Shown: positions 43,676 through 54,984, counted from the stretch's first letter. The stretch: DNA of 64,000 nt from Nitrosopumilus sp. (GCA_965207445.1 CBDBLX010000002.1:1623849-1687848), one strand, 5' to 3'. Program-made: numbers and translations. Notes: a model not told the origin generated them from the letters alone.

Positions 43676-44233
43676 CTATAGGTGAAACTTTTTTTCCAGC
43701 ATTGTAATTGTGCTAGGAATGTCTTTTAGTAGTTTTATCTCGTTGTTCTCTAACCATTCAAAGTACCTGTATGAATACTCGGGCAGATCTTTGTTTGGAA
43801 ACCTCTCAGATATCTCCCTTATGAGTTTGATGTATTCATTATGAGTCTTAATCTGATTAAATATATTCTGAATTGGCTGTTGTAACTCTGGTTGAAGGAA
43901 GTTGATCTTTCCTGAAAAAACTAGACTGTCATAAAAATCATGATTGAGGGTACGATTCATATAAAAAAACGATTGTCCATTTGGAATTGTAAAACATATT
44001 GAATCTTGTTTGTATATTTCCATATTCAAGCCTTCAAAAGTGTCTTGTAGCTCTCTACACAAATTGTTCGATGCTCTCTTTGTTTCTGAACGATGGTTGT
44101 GCCATCTTTGTATAAAATAAACAGGAGGAGCTGCTGCGAGTGACAGAATAGTCACCCACGACGCAACAATGCTTAATGTGCTTTCATCCCCAAGCGCCGA
44201 TATAATTTCATTCATATTTTGTACAACCCGCAT
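43676..44233 (-). CDS. Hypothetical protein with N-terminal membrane anchor
   Basis: 185-aa ORF with hydrophobic IVASWVTILSLAAAPPVYF. Confidence 0.65.
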   Translation of the reverse strand: MRVVQNMNEIISALGDESTLSIVASWVTILSLAAAPPVYFIQRWHNHRSETKRASNNLCRELQDTFEGLNMEIYKQDSICFTIPNGQSFFYMNRTLNHDFYDSLVFSGKINFLQPELQQPIQNIFNQIKTHNEYIKLIREISERFPNKDLPEYSYRYFEWLENNEIKLLKDIPSTITMLEKKFHL

Positions 44234-44572
44234 TTATGTTATTTAAAGAACACGATAATAGGGAGGTTGGTGCGTAATTGACATTAGACCTGCTTGTGAC
44301 CCTTCTGTGAACTTACTCGGTTTATTGCACATTCAATCTGCAGAAGACTGAAATCTACCTATAGTGCGTTTCGTTTTTGAATATACGGGTGTGTTTTGGC
44401 AGACATAGATTATAGAACATGAAACATGCAAATGTGATAGCAGTCTCTATCAGTGGTATGATGGAATCTTTTGCCCTTTTTCATGAGCGCAGATAAATCT
44501 GTTCAGGATGTTGATATTCCATGCAATTGATAGTATTTTACCAAACCACGTTCTGTTTTTGGCCAGACGTAT

Positions 44573-44681
44573 ACGACAGTGTAGCCTGTGATTCTTTGTC
44601 TCTTCTACCTCAAATGTGACCAACGTAATTTTATTTTGCCGACAAACGACAGTGTAGCCTGTGATTCTTCGTCTCTTCTAC
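44573..44681. repeat. 36-bp direct repeat pair around a 37-bp insert (period 73)
   Basis: ACGACAGTGTAGCCTGTGATTCTT(T/C)GTCTCTTCTAC at 44573 and 44646; single-copy in IS copy 1. Confidence 0.9.
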
Positions 44682-44960
44682 TGCTCCAAATATTGCCTCG
44701 ATAAGTGCGCGTTGTTTGTATGCATTTTTGTCAAAGATCTCCGCTGCCTTTTTTCTGCTTGGTGGTTTACCACGGTTTGTATGACCTGAGCCATCTGTGT
44801 GATTGCGCTGCTTTATGTTCAGTTTCATGCTTGCATTGAATATTGTCTCGCAATTTTGATCCGAGTCGTATCTCTTGTCTCCGTTAAATAAGCACTCTTC
44901 AATCGGTGTATAGTTTTTTACGAGAAAGTCGACCATTATGGAAGCATTGACGTGTCACTT

Positions 44961-45076
44961 GCATAATAGTTTCATTAAAGATCCGATAGTTTTCTAATAT
45001 TTTGTATTCATAATATGTGCTCAACTTTGAGATGAATATCAATCAAAATATCGGATCTTTAATCATATTAGTATGC
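44961..45076. mobile_element. MITE family D (~116 bp)
   Basis: Imperfect TIRs GCATAATAGTTTCATTAAAGATCCGATA...TATCGGATCTTTAATCATATTAGTATGC; absent from IS copy 1. Confidence 0.92.
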
Positions 45077-46162
45077 ATTACTTGGAGTTGTGTATGATGC
45101 AAGTATGATCTGGTGTCCGCTTGTCGAGTAATATGATATTTTAGGTACGTCTTGACGCGTGTCAGTTAAGTCGTGTAGTAAATGATTAGGTCTTTCTTGT
45201 TTTTCGTACCTGTCAGTCTCTATACCCCACTACTGTATCCCAATAGGATCTGTAGGTTCTTTTTTTACGTCTTGTTTACCGCCCTCAAAATCCTTATATC
45301 CGTGCGTAAGTATGGACTCTTTACCTTTTATCGGTACTGGATCTGTCCCAGATTTTTCAAAGTTCATTTAGACACATATTGGCAGCATATGCCAAAATAG
45401 AATCAAGCCAATCGAGATCAATTGTTTGCATATGTATTGGTTACCCAACTAATCAGTCTCCGGCTCGTCAACTTGCTCATCCTGCATATGTCCAAGATCA
45501 TTTACCACATCTTGAAAAGGAATATTTTTTGCAACTTTTTAAAGGAACAAAAAATCCATCTTGGCATGCGAGTGTACAGGCTTGCATCTTCCCCTATTTG
45601 TCTTCTTTTCTTTGGCATGATGTGGATTTTTACGTATCACCGACAATAATCTTGCGCATAAAATCCTGCTCAGATTTGTGTGCCTGTTCATAATACAGCC
45701 AGTAACCTTTGCGTCGCTTGTGTTGCTGCTCTGTCACTGTACTGTCTGCCTCCTTGGTCTGTTCTTATTTGAAACCCACACACTAAATTTATACAAACAA
45801 CAAACAGTCTCCACATTCATCACAAACCATGCATTGTAATGGGCGTCATTCTCTGTGTAGCATAGCATGTTGTGGCAACCTAGCACACATATGTCGTCGT
45901 TCCACCACACTTTACAAACGATACGTTGATAACATTGGCTAGTCAACGTTGTTCAGCATCCCCTTTGTTCATTTCCAATTATTCAATTGGGATGCCCCTA
46001 TATGTGACTTTTGGTAAGTGCGCAGTTACGTTTATATATATGAGCTTATTGGATAACTTAATTTATACATATAAAACTCTGGCGATATTTCCAGATAACT
46101 TTGCAAGTACGATGTAGGTGGCGATTTGATGAATTACGCACCAACCTCGATACATGTCACTG

Positions 46163-46244
46163 GTAACCATTCAACCCCCGTTACCTGCACCAGACGTTAG
46201 GCGGTGAATTTATGCTTAAATTTGTGTAGAGGGTGAACGGTTAC
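46163..46244 (+). mobile_element. MITE family B
   Basis: GTAACCATTCAAC...GGTGAACGGTTAC. Confidence 0.85.
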
Positions 46245-46389
46245 AGACACTTGTTGTCACATACAACATTTGAGCAACAGAACTTGTTGCTGATTGTTTT
46301 AATCAAACATGTGATTTAAAATAATGTTAAAATGTAAAAATACACATAACAATTAGTTTTTAAAATGTAAAAAATTCACATTAAATATA

Positions 46390-49300
46390 ATGATAATTCT
46401 TCATACAGCAGTACATAACAATACAGTCAACTTTTGGGCAGAGTCCTCACATGATCTAAATACAAAAAATAAACTCAAAAAAAATATAGACGAGTACAAA
46501 CTATCTGCAAGCTCAAATCAACTAAAGCAAATACTGGCATATATTGGAATAAATTCCAAAAATGCCACATCAAAATGGATAGCGCTTCCAACATCATCAA
46601 ATGATAACAACCCAATACCATCAAATGATCTGATTTTAAGTGACGCTGAGCAAACAGAATCCGATGAAAAATCACCAATGAAATCTAATAAAAAAGCATA
46701 TCTAAAAAGATGGAAGATAAATGTAATAGAACTTGATGAAAATGACGCCATCATATTACTAGCCCATATGATGGGAAAGAGGACCATACGACGAGGCATA
46801 CTAGTAGGAGCAGATATGGCATGTTTGGCAGAGGTTATGCGCCTTGCCGGCTCAATTACTGCAAGACAACAGTATTTACCAGATGTCATAAAAGATGACA
46901 CAATAATGCACAAAGCAGTATGGAGTCCAATTATCATAGGTGCAGACAGAAAAAGGCTCAAAGATATGCTAAAACGTCTACCAGCTTCAGTACATGCAAT
47001 CTCTACATATAATACCACCATTACAAAGATGCCAAGAAAGACTGAAAAGGCACTCTTGAGTATACTTACACTATTTACAGACAGTATAGTTCGTACATCA
47101 ATACCAAATTACATCACACCAAAATCTAATCATGTGAGAAAATTTGATAGCATACATGACTCTTGGATACACCACCTTACAACAGACAAGATCAATAAAA
47201 TCAATGACGCATCTCAACTACGCACACAAATTCAAGAGTGGAAGCGCCCAATTACAACATATGCAAGCTCACCAGTACAATTATGCTTTAGACTAGAAGA
47301 ACCCACTACACCAAGAAAAAAGTGGTTTGTGAGGTATATGATACGCTCACGTGACGACCCTAGTCTGATCGTAGATGCAAGTAAAGTATGGGATGATGAT
47401 GCTATATTTTCATCTCTAAAAAACGTCAATATCAAAGAGTTTTTGCTAGGATCACTAGGGAGATCTGCTGCGATCTTTCCGAGTATATCAGAAGGGCTAA
47501 AGAGTAAAAATAGTACAAACTCAAGATCTAGTATAGATGGATGCCACATTAGTTTAGAAAAAGCACACTCATTTTTGACAAAAGAATCCATTGCACTAGA
47601 GCAATCAGGATATGCTGTAATGTATCCATCATGGTGGGTAGGTAAAGGGGCAAAGATTAAAGCTGTAGCTGATGTAAAACCTCCGGCTCTAAAAGCACGA
47701 GGCATGCTGACATTAAATACAATAGTAGAGTTTGACTGGCAAATTGCAATAGGGGATCAGAGCATATCCATAGAGGAACTACAGAGACTAGCAGATGCAA
47801 AGGCACCTCTTGTGAATATACGCGGTACATGGGTAGAAATGTCACAAGATGATATCAAAGATACAATCAAACTTGTAAAGACAAAAACAACAACAACACT
47901 ACTTGATGCAATAAAGATGAACTTGAACAGATCAATGGATGCAGACAGTGCTTTTGCCAAACCAACAACAGATGCAGTTGAGGTAAATATCACAAGTAGT
48001 GACGATCAGGTATCAAATGTACTAGATCAATTAAGTGACAAGGCTCAATTAAAACAACAACAACAACCAAGAGGGTTTATAGGTAAACTTAGGCCCTATC
48101 AACTACGTGGCTTTTCATGGCTGTCATTTTTGCAACAGTGGGGGCTAGGAGGCTGTCTTGCAGATGATATGGGGCTAGGAAAGACAATTCAGGTATTGGC
48201 ACTAGCACAAAAGTACATGTATGAGTCTGATCAAAAAAATACAAAGCCGTTTTTGCTCATATGCCCCACATCAGTTATAACAAACTGGCAAAAAGAATCC
48301 ACACGATTTACACCAGAGATAACTACAACAATACATCATGGGCTAAATAGAGCAAAGACAAAGTCAGCATTCACAAAAAAGATCAAAGGATACGACATGA
48401 TCATAACAAGTTATGGATTGATGCAAAGAGACATCAAGATCATCAATGCAATAAAGTGGAGTGTAATAGTACTAGATGAGGCACAAAACATCAAAAATGC
48501 AGAGACAAAGCAAGCAAAAGCAACAAAAACAATAGAGGCAGATTGTAAATTTGCACTAACAGGAACACCAGTTGAGAATAATGTGGGGGACTTGTGGTCT
48601 ATAATGGAATTTCTGAATCCAGGCTTTCTTGGAACGTTGAGCGCATTTAAGCGAAACTTTTTCCTACCAATTCAGATCAGACAAGACCAAGAGGCAGCAG
48701 AGATGTTAAAGAGGGCAACAGGCCCATTTATACTACGAAGGCTCAAAACAGACAAAAAGATCATATCAGATCTACCAGAAAAAATGGAAATGAAAACATA
48801 CTGTACACTAACAAAAGAACAAGCTACACTGTATGCTGCAATACTTAAAGATATAGAAGATGCACTAGCGGAGAGTCAAATCAAGACAATGTCAAAGATG
48901 CAACGAAGAGGCATTATACTAAGTGCACTTGCAAAATTAAAACAAGTATGCGATCATCCTAGAATACTCTTAAAGGATAACTCTAGTATATTGACTAACT
49001 CTGAGAAATCACGCTCAGGCAAATTAGCAAGACTGACTGAGATGTTATCAGAAATAATAGAAGTTGGTGATAGTGCACTTGTCTTTACACAGTTCGTAGA
49101 GATGGGGCACGTACTAAAACGCCACATACAAGAGACGTTTGGCAGAGAGGTGATGTTTTTGCACGGAGGTACGACAAGAAAGCATAGAGACGAGATGGTA
49201 GAAAAGTTTCAAGATAAAAAGAAAAAGAGTGTAGGGTCTAAGATATTTGTTATATCACTAAAGGCAGGAGGTACAGGATTAAACCTGACTGAAGCAAACC

Positions 49301-49590
49301 ACGTATTTCACTTTGATAGATGGTGGAATCCTGCAGTAGAGGATCAAGCAACTGATAGAGCATTTCGTATAGGTCAAAAGAAAAAAGTTCAGGTTTACAA
49401 GATGATCTGCTCAGGTACATTAGAAGAGAAAATAGATCAGATGATAGAGAGAAAGAAAGAAGTTTCTAGAAAAGTTGTCAGTACAGGCGAGGGGTGGATA
49501 ACTGAGATGTCAAATGAAGATCTTCGAGACGTATTGTCTTTGAGTCTAGAAGCAAGTGGAGTTGAAGATATAGGAGAAAGAGATGTATAA
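46390..49590 (+). CDS. SNF2/SWI2-family helicase
   Basis: LRPYQ, LADDMGLGKT, DEAQ, LTGTPVEN, SLKAGGTGLNL, QATDRAFRIGQ. Confidence 0.95.
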   Translation: MIILHTAVHNNTVNFWAESSHDLNTKNKLKKNIDEYKLSASSNQLKQILAYIGINSKNATSKWIALPTSSNDNNPIPSNDLILSDAEQTESDEKSPMKSNKKAYLKRWKINVIELDENDAIILLAHMMGKRTIRRGILVGADMACLAEVMRLAGSITARQQYLPDVIKDDTIMHKAVWSPIIIGADRKRLKDMLKRLPASVHAISTYNTTITKMPRKTEKALLSILTLFTDSIVRTSIPNYITPKSNHVRKFDSIHDSWIHHLTTDKINKINDASQLRTQIQEWKRPITTYASSPVQLCFRLEEPTTPRKKWFVRYMIRSRDDPSLIVDASKVWDDDAIFSSLKNVNIKEFLLGSLGRSAAIFPSISEGLKSKNSTNSRSSIDGCHISLEKAHSFLTKESIALEQSGYAVMYPSWWVGKGAKIKAVADVKPPALKARGMLTLNTIVEFDWQIAIGDQSISIEELQRLADAKAPLVNIRGTWVEMSQDDIKDTIKLVKTKTTTTLLDAIKMNLNRSMDADSAFAKPTTDAVEVNITSSDDQVSNVLDQLSDKAQLKQQQQPRGFIGKLRPYQLRGFSWLSFLQQWGLGGCLADDMGLGKTIQVLALAQKYMYESDQKNTKPFLLICPTSVITNWQKESTRFTPEITTTIHHGLNRAKTKSAFTKKIKGYDMIITSYGLMQRDIKIINAIKWSVIVLDEAQNIKNAETKQAKATKTIEADCKFALTGTPVENNVGDLWSIMEFLNPGFLGTLSAFKRNFFLPIQIRQDQEAAEMLKRATGPFILRRLKTDKKIISDLPEKMEMKTYCTLTKEQATLYAAILKDIEDALAESQIKTMSKMQRRGIILSALAKLKQVCDHPRILLKDNSSILTNSEKSRSGKLARLTEMLSEIIEVGDSALVFTQFVEMGHVLKRHIQETFGREVMFLHGGTTRKHRDEMVEKFQDKKKKSVGSKIFVISLKAGGTGLNLTEANHVFHFDRWWNPAVEDQATDRAFRIGQKKKVQVYKMICSGTLEEKIDQMIERKKEVSRKVVSTGEGWITEMSNEDLRDVLSLSLEASGVEDIGERDV

Positions 49591-50591
49591 TGTCATGGTA
49601 TTGGAACTATAGATACACACCTCGAAAGCCCAAAAGTGTAAAGGGCGGTATAAAAGCACAATCCAAAAAAGGAGAGTTCGGTGAGAATTGGTGGGCAAAG
49701 CGCTGGAATCAGACATTAGAAGAGTATAACATTGGTGCAAGACTCAATCGGGGGAGAATATATGCACGAAAAGGACAAGTAAAATCGATTAAAATACAAA
49801 AAGGACGAATAACAGCAGCAGTGCAAGGCAGTTGGGAATACAATGTGCATATAAACATAACAATGCTAACAGAGACTCAATGGTCAGATATTGTAAAGGG
49901 AATATTTGAGAGTCCTGTAATGGCTGCAACATTGTTAGCAGGACAGATGCCAAATGATATTGAAGATGTGTTTAAGAGATACAACATTAGTCTGTTTCCA
50001 AAACACAAAGATATCAGCACAGAATGTACATGTCCAGACTGGGCAAATCCATGCAAACACATAGCAGCAGTATACCTGTTGTTAGCAGAAGAATTTGACA
50101 GAGATCCATTTTTGATATTTCGATTACGAGGAATAGAGCGAAAAGAGATTCTTAAGATGAGTGGAATTGACAGCAATAGTAAAGTAAAGAAAGAGGACAA
50201 GACGGAGACTAAAAAGGACAAGACGGTAATTAAAAAAACAACTGCCGCCACCACCACCACTGCTGCCACCACCACCACTGCTGCCACCACCACCACTGCT
50301 GCATCCACAAAGATAAAAAAGCCCACTGTAAAACCAATAGATCCAAACAAGTTTTGGGGAGACATTGAAGAGCAGATACTCGAATATAGTAAGCATAGTG
50401 AGAGTTCAATGAATGCACAGATTCCAACAATACCAGCAGTTTTACTAAAACAGATAGGGATTTTCCCATTTTGGCGAGGAGAGAAAAATTTTATGGATGT
50501 AATGGAGGAGATTTACACTAATGTATCCAAGACAGGTACAAAGGTATTTCTTGGCGAATACACAAAAAAATCAACTAAAAAAGATAAATGA
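49590..50591 (+). CDS. SWIM zinc-finger protein partnered with SNF2
   Basis: RLNRGRIYARKG, CTCPDWANPCKH, DPFLIFRLRG; TAATG overlap with the helicase; AATTTT repeats. Confidence 0.9.
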   Translation: MSWYWNYRYTPRKPKSVKGGIKAQSKKGEFGENWWAKRWNQTLEEYNIGARLNRGRIYARKGQVKSIKIQKGRITAAVQGSWEYNVHINITMLTETQWSDIVKGIFESPVMAATLLAGQMPNDIEDVFKRYNISLFPKHKDISTECTCPDWANPCKHIAAVYLLLAEEFDRDPFLIFRLRGIERKEILKMSGIDSNSKVKKEDKTETKKDKTVIKKTTAATTTTAATTTTAATTTTAASTKIKKPTVKPIDPNKFWGDIEEQILEYSKHSESSMNAQIPTIPAVLLKQIGIFPFWRGEKNFMDVMEEIYTNVSKTGTKVFLGEYTKKSTKKDK

Positions 50592-50639
50592 CTTTGTTAA
50601 TTTGCAAAAAAAAAATATAATGATCATATATTACAACAA

Positions 50640-51896
50640 TCAAAGTGCTTGATACTCGTTGCTCCATTGATGATATGCCCTTATCATATCAGATGAGACA
50701 CTAGGCTTACGACGCTCCATTATCTTTTTGAAATCAGCCATGTTCAAGTCTCGCGGTTGTGGTGGCTCCTCACCCTCTACAGGCTCACGATAATCAGGGG
50801 ACTCAAATATCTCATGAACCGTCATTATCTGAGCAGCTTGACAGACATCTTTGATATCACTAGCACTATACCCATCAAAGAGTTTTGCAAGACCATTACT
50901 ACTCAATCGGTAGTCAGTCTTTAGTTTTACCGTATACTGCTCAAACAGTTTTTCTCTTGCAACATGCGTTGGGAGTGACACGTATATTCGCTTTTGGAAT
51001 CGTCTCAGAAATGGCCAGTCAAGTGTCCACGGTTTGTTCGTAGCTCCTATAACATACAGCATCAATTCTTTCCCCTTGCTATTGATGCCATCCATCTCAG
51101 TTAGGAATTGATTTCGTGAACGTACCTCACCACCTATCTCATTTTGGCGAGAGCCAAGCAAAGAATCCACCTCATCTAAAAACAAGATTACAGGTTTACT
51201 CTCTTTTTCTGAATAGGTACGTGCCATATCAAAGAGTTTTGAGATATTTTTTTCTGCCTCTCCAAGCCATTTACTCATCAAAGATGATGCATCAGCACTT
51301 ATGAAGTATCCGTCCATCTCATTTGCAGTAGCAGCAGCTATCATGGTCTTGCCTGTTCCAGGTGGGCCATACAACAGCATACCTTTTGGCCATCCGAGTG
51401 GAAATAAATCAGGTCGTTTTGTAGGATATACAATAGACTCACGTAAGGCGCTCTTCGCCTCATCAAGTCCGATCACTTGTTCCCACGTCACGTTTGGTTT
51501 TTCACGCATTATGAGATCCTCAAAGTCATTCTCATCGGCTTGTCGCTGAATAGATTTTTTTTGCTCTTCTGGTGTAGCAGAAGGATCTACTGCAGGTTCT
51601 ATGCCATTTGCCTGTTGCAAAACAGCAATACGTTCACGATACGAGTTACACTTGTCACTGTACAGTGGATTGAGTTTGCTTGATGGATACAGATTGATCA
51701 ATTTTAGCAAAGCAGAGATTGCTTGCTGGTAGTACGTGATCGCCATTCCACGGGCTCCTTGTGAGTCACATTTGATCGCCTCATTAGCACACTTGCTTGC
51801 AGTATGCTCTAGTTGCTGTGGTGCAGTCAGAGAGGGATCTTCAGCAGGTCCTGTTGGGGGCCTCAGAATATCCGGATCGCTTGGTGATTGATTCAT
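50640..51896 (-). CDS. cdvC: Vps4/CdvC AAA ATPase with MIT domain
   Basis: MIT helices, GPPGTGKT, SKWLGEAEK, DEVD, RRFQKRIY. Confidence 0.9.
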   Translation of the reverse strand: MNQSPSDPDILRPPTGPAEDPSLTAPQQLEHTASKCANEAIKCDSQGARGMAITYYQQAISALLKLINLYPSSKLNPLYSDKCNSYRERIAVLQQANGIEPAVDPSATPEEQKKSIQRQADENDFEDLIMREKPNVTWEQVIGLDEAKSALRESIVYPTKRPDLFPLGWPKGMLLYGPPGTGKTMIAAATANEMDGYFISADASSLMSKWLGEAEKNISKLFDMARTYSEKESKPVILFLDEVDSLLGSRQNEIGGEVRSRNQFLTEMDGINSKGKELMLYVIGATNKPWTLDWPFLRRFQKRIYVSLPTHVAREKLFEQYTVKLKTDYRLSSNGLAKLFDGYSASDIKDVCQAAQIMTVHEIFESPDYREPVEGEEPPQPRDLNMADFKKIMERRKPSVSSDMIRAYHQWSNEYQAL

Positions 51897-52357
51897 CTTA
51901 CTAGTATATTGTATAAAATGTTAGTATACTATATCATAAAATAGATTGGACAATTATGTCAATTTAATTAAACCAATCAGGCACAAAATGCGATAATTTA
52001 GTGTCACAATTTGCATGTAAATGACAAAAATAGAGAAAAATCCAATTATTTGTTTTTTTTTGTTGTTGATGTGAGGTGTTTTGTAGAGGTGGGGAAAAAG
52101 GGTGTTTTGATTTCTAATTATATTCTGCCATTGTGGTTGTTGACCATGTTTTGATGGGAGTGGGGTGTTTTGATGGGAGGGGAGTGTTTTGTAGAGTGTA
52201 AGTGAGTGGATTTAGCATATTTCCTACAAGATCCTTGATCAAAGATTTGAGAAAAGAATCACGTAATATAGAAAAAATCAAGACATAAAATGTCCATATT
52301 GATAAGATTGTAATGTTGATGAATGCGTTAGTCGGTGCATCAAATGGGTGTTGTTAA

Positions 52358-52813
52358 TTATTCTCTGCACATGTTATCATGTGCATCAGATAGATGTTCT
52401 AGAGACGTTTTAGCAGACAATAGTAACTGTTGAACATCATCATTTATCATATCAATAGAGTCAGCAGAACTACGTATTGTGCCAACAAGAAGATTTACTG
52501 TATCACGCATCTTTTCTTTATCAGCATGAATTGATGAGAGGTATTCAGCAATCCATACAAGACGACTCAAGTCTTGCAGCTCACCATTGTCAAGTTGCCT
52601 CAAGTCATCAGCAGATATTAGCATACCATTTCGAGTATCAGTGGTATAGTCGATATTATTAGTGTAGTTGTGACGAGTATTTGCAGTGTTTGAGTCGTTA
52701 GGCACACTAGATCTTTGCTGCAACTCTCTTTTTATCATATTAGAGACAGTGTGAAGATCATCCATAGGAGATTCATCATCACGTATATCAGAATTATCAA
52801 TTGTGGTATTCAA
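52358..52813 (-). CDS. Hypothetical protein
   Basis: 151-aa ORF. Confidence 0.55.
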   Translation of the reverse strand: MNTTIDNSDIRDDESPMDDLHTVSNMIKRELQQRSSVPNDSNTANTRHNYTNNIDYTTDTRNGMLISADDLRQLDNGELQDLSRLVWIAEYLSSIHADKEKMRDTVNLLVGTIRSSADSIDMINDDVQQLLLSAKTSLEHLSDAHDNMCRE

Positions 52814-52893
52814 GTTACTATAATTGACATTATCATAGTTATTAATATCACAGTTGTTTTACACGCACACACACACATACATACACACTCAAT

Positions 52894-53640
52894 CTAGTAA
52901 CATCTACTACATGCTCCAGAAATATCTAATTTAGGATACCGTTTTTTTAGATCAAAAGTAGCAGTCAATTTTGCATTATCAAATAGTATAGATGCGCTTT
53001 TGTTTGATTCTCCAAGATCAATTTTTGAGCTAGACATGATAGCAACATCTAATATAATACTACCAAGAGATATAGACACAGAGTATAATTTTTGGCTGCA
53101 CGACATCCCAATATTATGCAAATAGGTGCTTGCCATACGCACCACATACAAAACTGGCAATAATGCAAGTGACATCTCAGGTATATGGTGAGGTCTAGTT
53201 GATATAAGACGTACTGTACGCAACACGTTTAACATAACACTTAGAACATGTTCAATGTATAATGATTCAACGTGTGCAACATTCTCAGTGTCATATGTAG
53301 ATACCAACGTACGATTTGATACACGAATTTGACGCAGTTTTTGTTGGATATCGCATATTACAGAGTCAAGTGCCCAGTTTACATCTTTTAAACGAGTGAG
53401 TATGCTGTGATTATCACCGTCATTGTCACTGCGACTACTATCAATACAGCCACCGTTACTACTATTACTACATCCATCACCATCACAATCACCAGAACCA
53501 ATTTGCGTTGTTATAGGAGGAGTGGAAATAATAGATAATTTGTCAATTGCATCAATTGGGTAAATCAACCCATGTGTAGTAGACATAAAGGCATCCTTTT
53601 TACCACCAGATGCAGAGACCGATGTTGTAAATTTATGCAT
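52894..53640 (-). CDS. Hypothetical protein
   Basis: 248-aa helical ORF with a low-complexity insert. Confidence 0.6.
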   Translation of the reverse strand: MHKFTTSVSASGGKKDAFMSTTHGLIYPIDAIDKLSIISTPPITTQIGSGDCDGDGCSNSSNGGCIDSSRSDNDGDNHSILTRLKDVNWALDSVICDIQQKLRQIRVSNRTLVSTYDTENVAHVESLYIEHVLSVMLNVLRTVRLISTRPHHIPEMSLALLPVLYVVRMASTYLHNIGMSCSQKLYSVSISLGSIILDVAIMSSSKIDLGESNKSASILFDNAKLTATFDLKKRYPKLDISGACSRCY

Positions 53641-53793
53641 AAATGCAACTCACATAATGGATATTAGAGCTAGTTGTATCCTCTCATACTGTCACTGCGG
53701 TCACATGACTCTAAAGTTACTAGAGTTTTTTGTACCAAATACATCAATAAATTTAGCTTGATATGTTAGATACAACAATTACAATATACAAAC

Positions 53794-54984
53794 ATGACAA
53801 ATGAAAGTTTACTTACAGCAAGTCTTGAGGAATTTGGACTGAGTAGATACGAGTCAAGGGCATACGTCACGCTAATAACACGAGGTGCAATGACTGCAAG
53901 TGACTTGGCATTTTACTCTGAGATACCAAGAACAAAGATCTATTCAACTATGAAAAAGCTCACTGGTAAAAATTTGGCAATAATGTCAAATAACAAATCT
54001 GCAATGACATGTGAAGCAATTAAACCAGAAGATGCATTTGATGAGATCATACATGAGCAGATTCAAAAAGTCACTATGATGAACACACTAGTAGAAGATC
54101 TCAAAAAAGCAAGCGAGGAGAATAGACGTGCAGGTGACACAGAGGAAAAACGATACACACAGATAGGAACAGGTAGCATATTAAATCAGATGCGCAATAT
54201 GATAAAAGAGGCAAAGATCTCAATTACTATCATATCTGACAGATGGGGCTTAGGACTGCTCGCAGAATGTAGAGAGCAGTTATGGGCAGCACAAAAAAAG
54301 AATGTGACGATCAGGTGCATTATACCATATGAACAAGTATGCACAGATATACACAGAACCATACCAGGTAGCATAGATGTACGGGCTACACATATAGCCG
54401 GAAATTATATCATATTTGATGCAACAGATGTCCTCTTGCTTGATAACACAAATGGAAGTGGATCCGTGTTTCCATCCACAACCACGTTTGCTACAGTACA
54501 GATGGCAGTTTTTGAGGATATGTGGCAGAGATCTATGAAAACACAACCACTAATTGACATGACAGTATTAGAAGCACAAGAGATATGCAAGATAATAGAG
54601 ACGGTAAATGCAACAGGACTTTCATATATACTAAATGAGATAGAAAACAAATCAAACAAAAAAGACAAAAAATATCAAAACTCAGATTTGTACGAGTTGC
54701 TTGAGCGTGATGGAATAGGTTTGGATAAACGTCCACTTTATGATGCAATATCCATGTTTGATGTCATAATGCAGATCACCTGCAATGGACATGTAAGTCT
54801 AGAGAGAAATGACAAAAGTATAACAGTACAGACTCCGCAAAACAATAATATGAATAAATTACCATGGGTTGCAATATTGCAAGGTTATTTACATAAACGG
54901 GGATACAATACAAGGGTAATTCACCAGACAAGCAGTACATCAGATATCAATGAAAAGACACACATACAATTGGGTAAAAAATAA
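53794..54984 (+). CDS. TrmB-family transcriptional regulator
   Basis: LEEFGLSRYESRAY, SEIPRTKIY. Confidence 0.9.
   Translation: MTNESLLTASLEEFGLSRYESRAYVTLITRGAMTASDLAFYSEIPRTKIYSTMKKLTGKNLAIMSNNKSAMTCEAIKPEDAFDEIIHEQIQKVTMMNTLVEDLKKASEENRRAGDTEEKRYTQIGTGSILNQMRNMIKEAKISITIISDRWGLGLLAECREQLWAAQKKNVTIRCIIPYEQVCTDIHRTIPGSIDVRATHIAGNYIIFDATDVLLLDNTNGSGSVFPSTTTFATVQMAVFEDMWQRSMKTQPLIDMTVLEAQEICKIIETVNATGLSYILNEIENKSNKKDKKYQNSDLYELLERDGIGLDKRPLYDAISMFDVIMQITCNGHVSLERNDKSITVQTPQNNNMNKLPWVAILQGYLHKRGYNTRVIHQTSSTSDINEKTHIQLGKK

Larger units (their letters stand above)
40819..46148. mobile_element. Composite transposon bounded by IS5-like TIRs
   Basis: GAGGTTGGTGCGTAATT at 40819 and its complement ending 46148; flanks GATGCATGT / GATACATGT. 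Confidence 0.7.
44263..46148 (-). mobile_element. IS5-family-like element, second degenerate copy (inverted relative to 19648-21327)
   Basis: Colinear with the reverse complement of copy 1; carries a MITE D and a 73-bp duplication-plus-insert. Confidence 0.88.
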
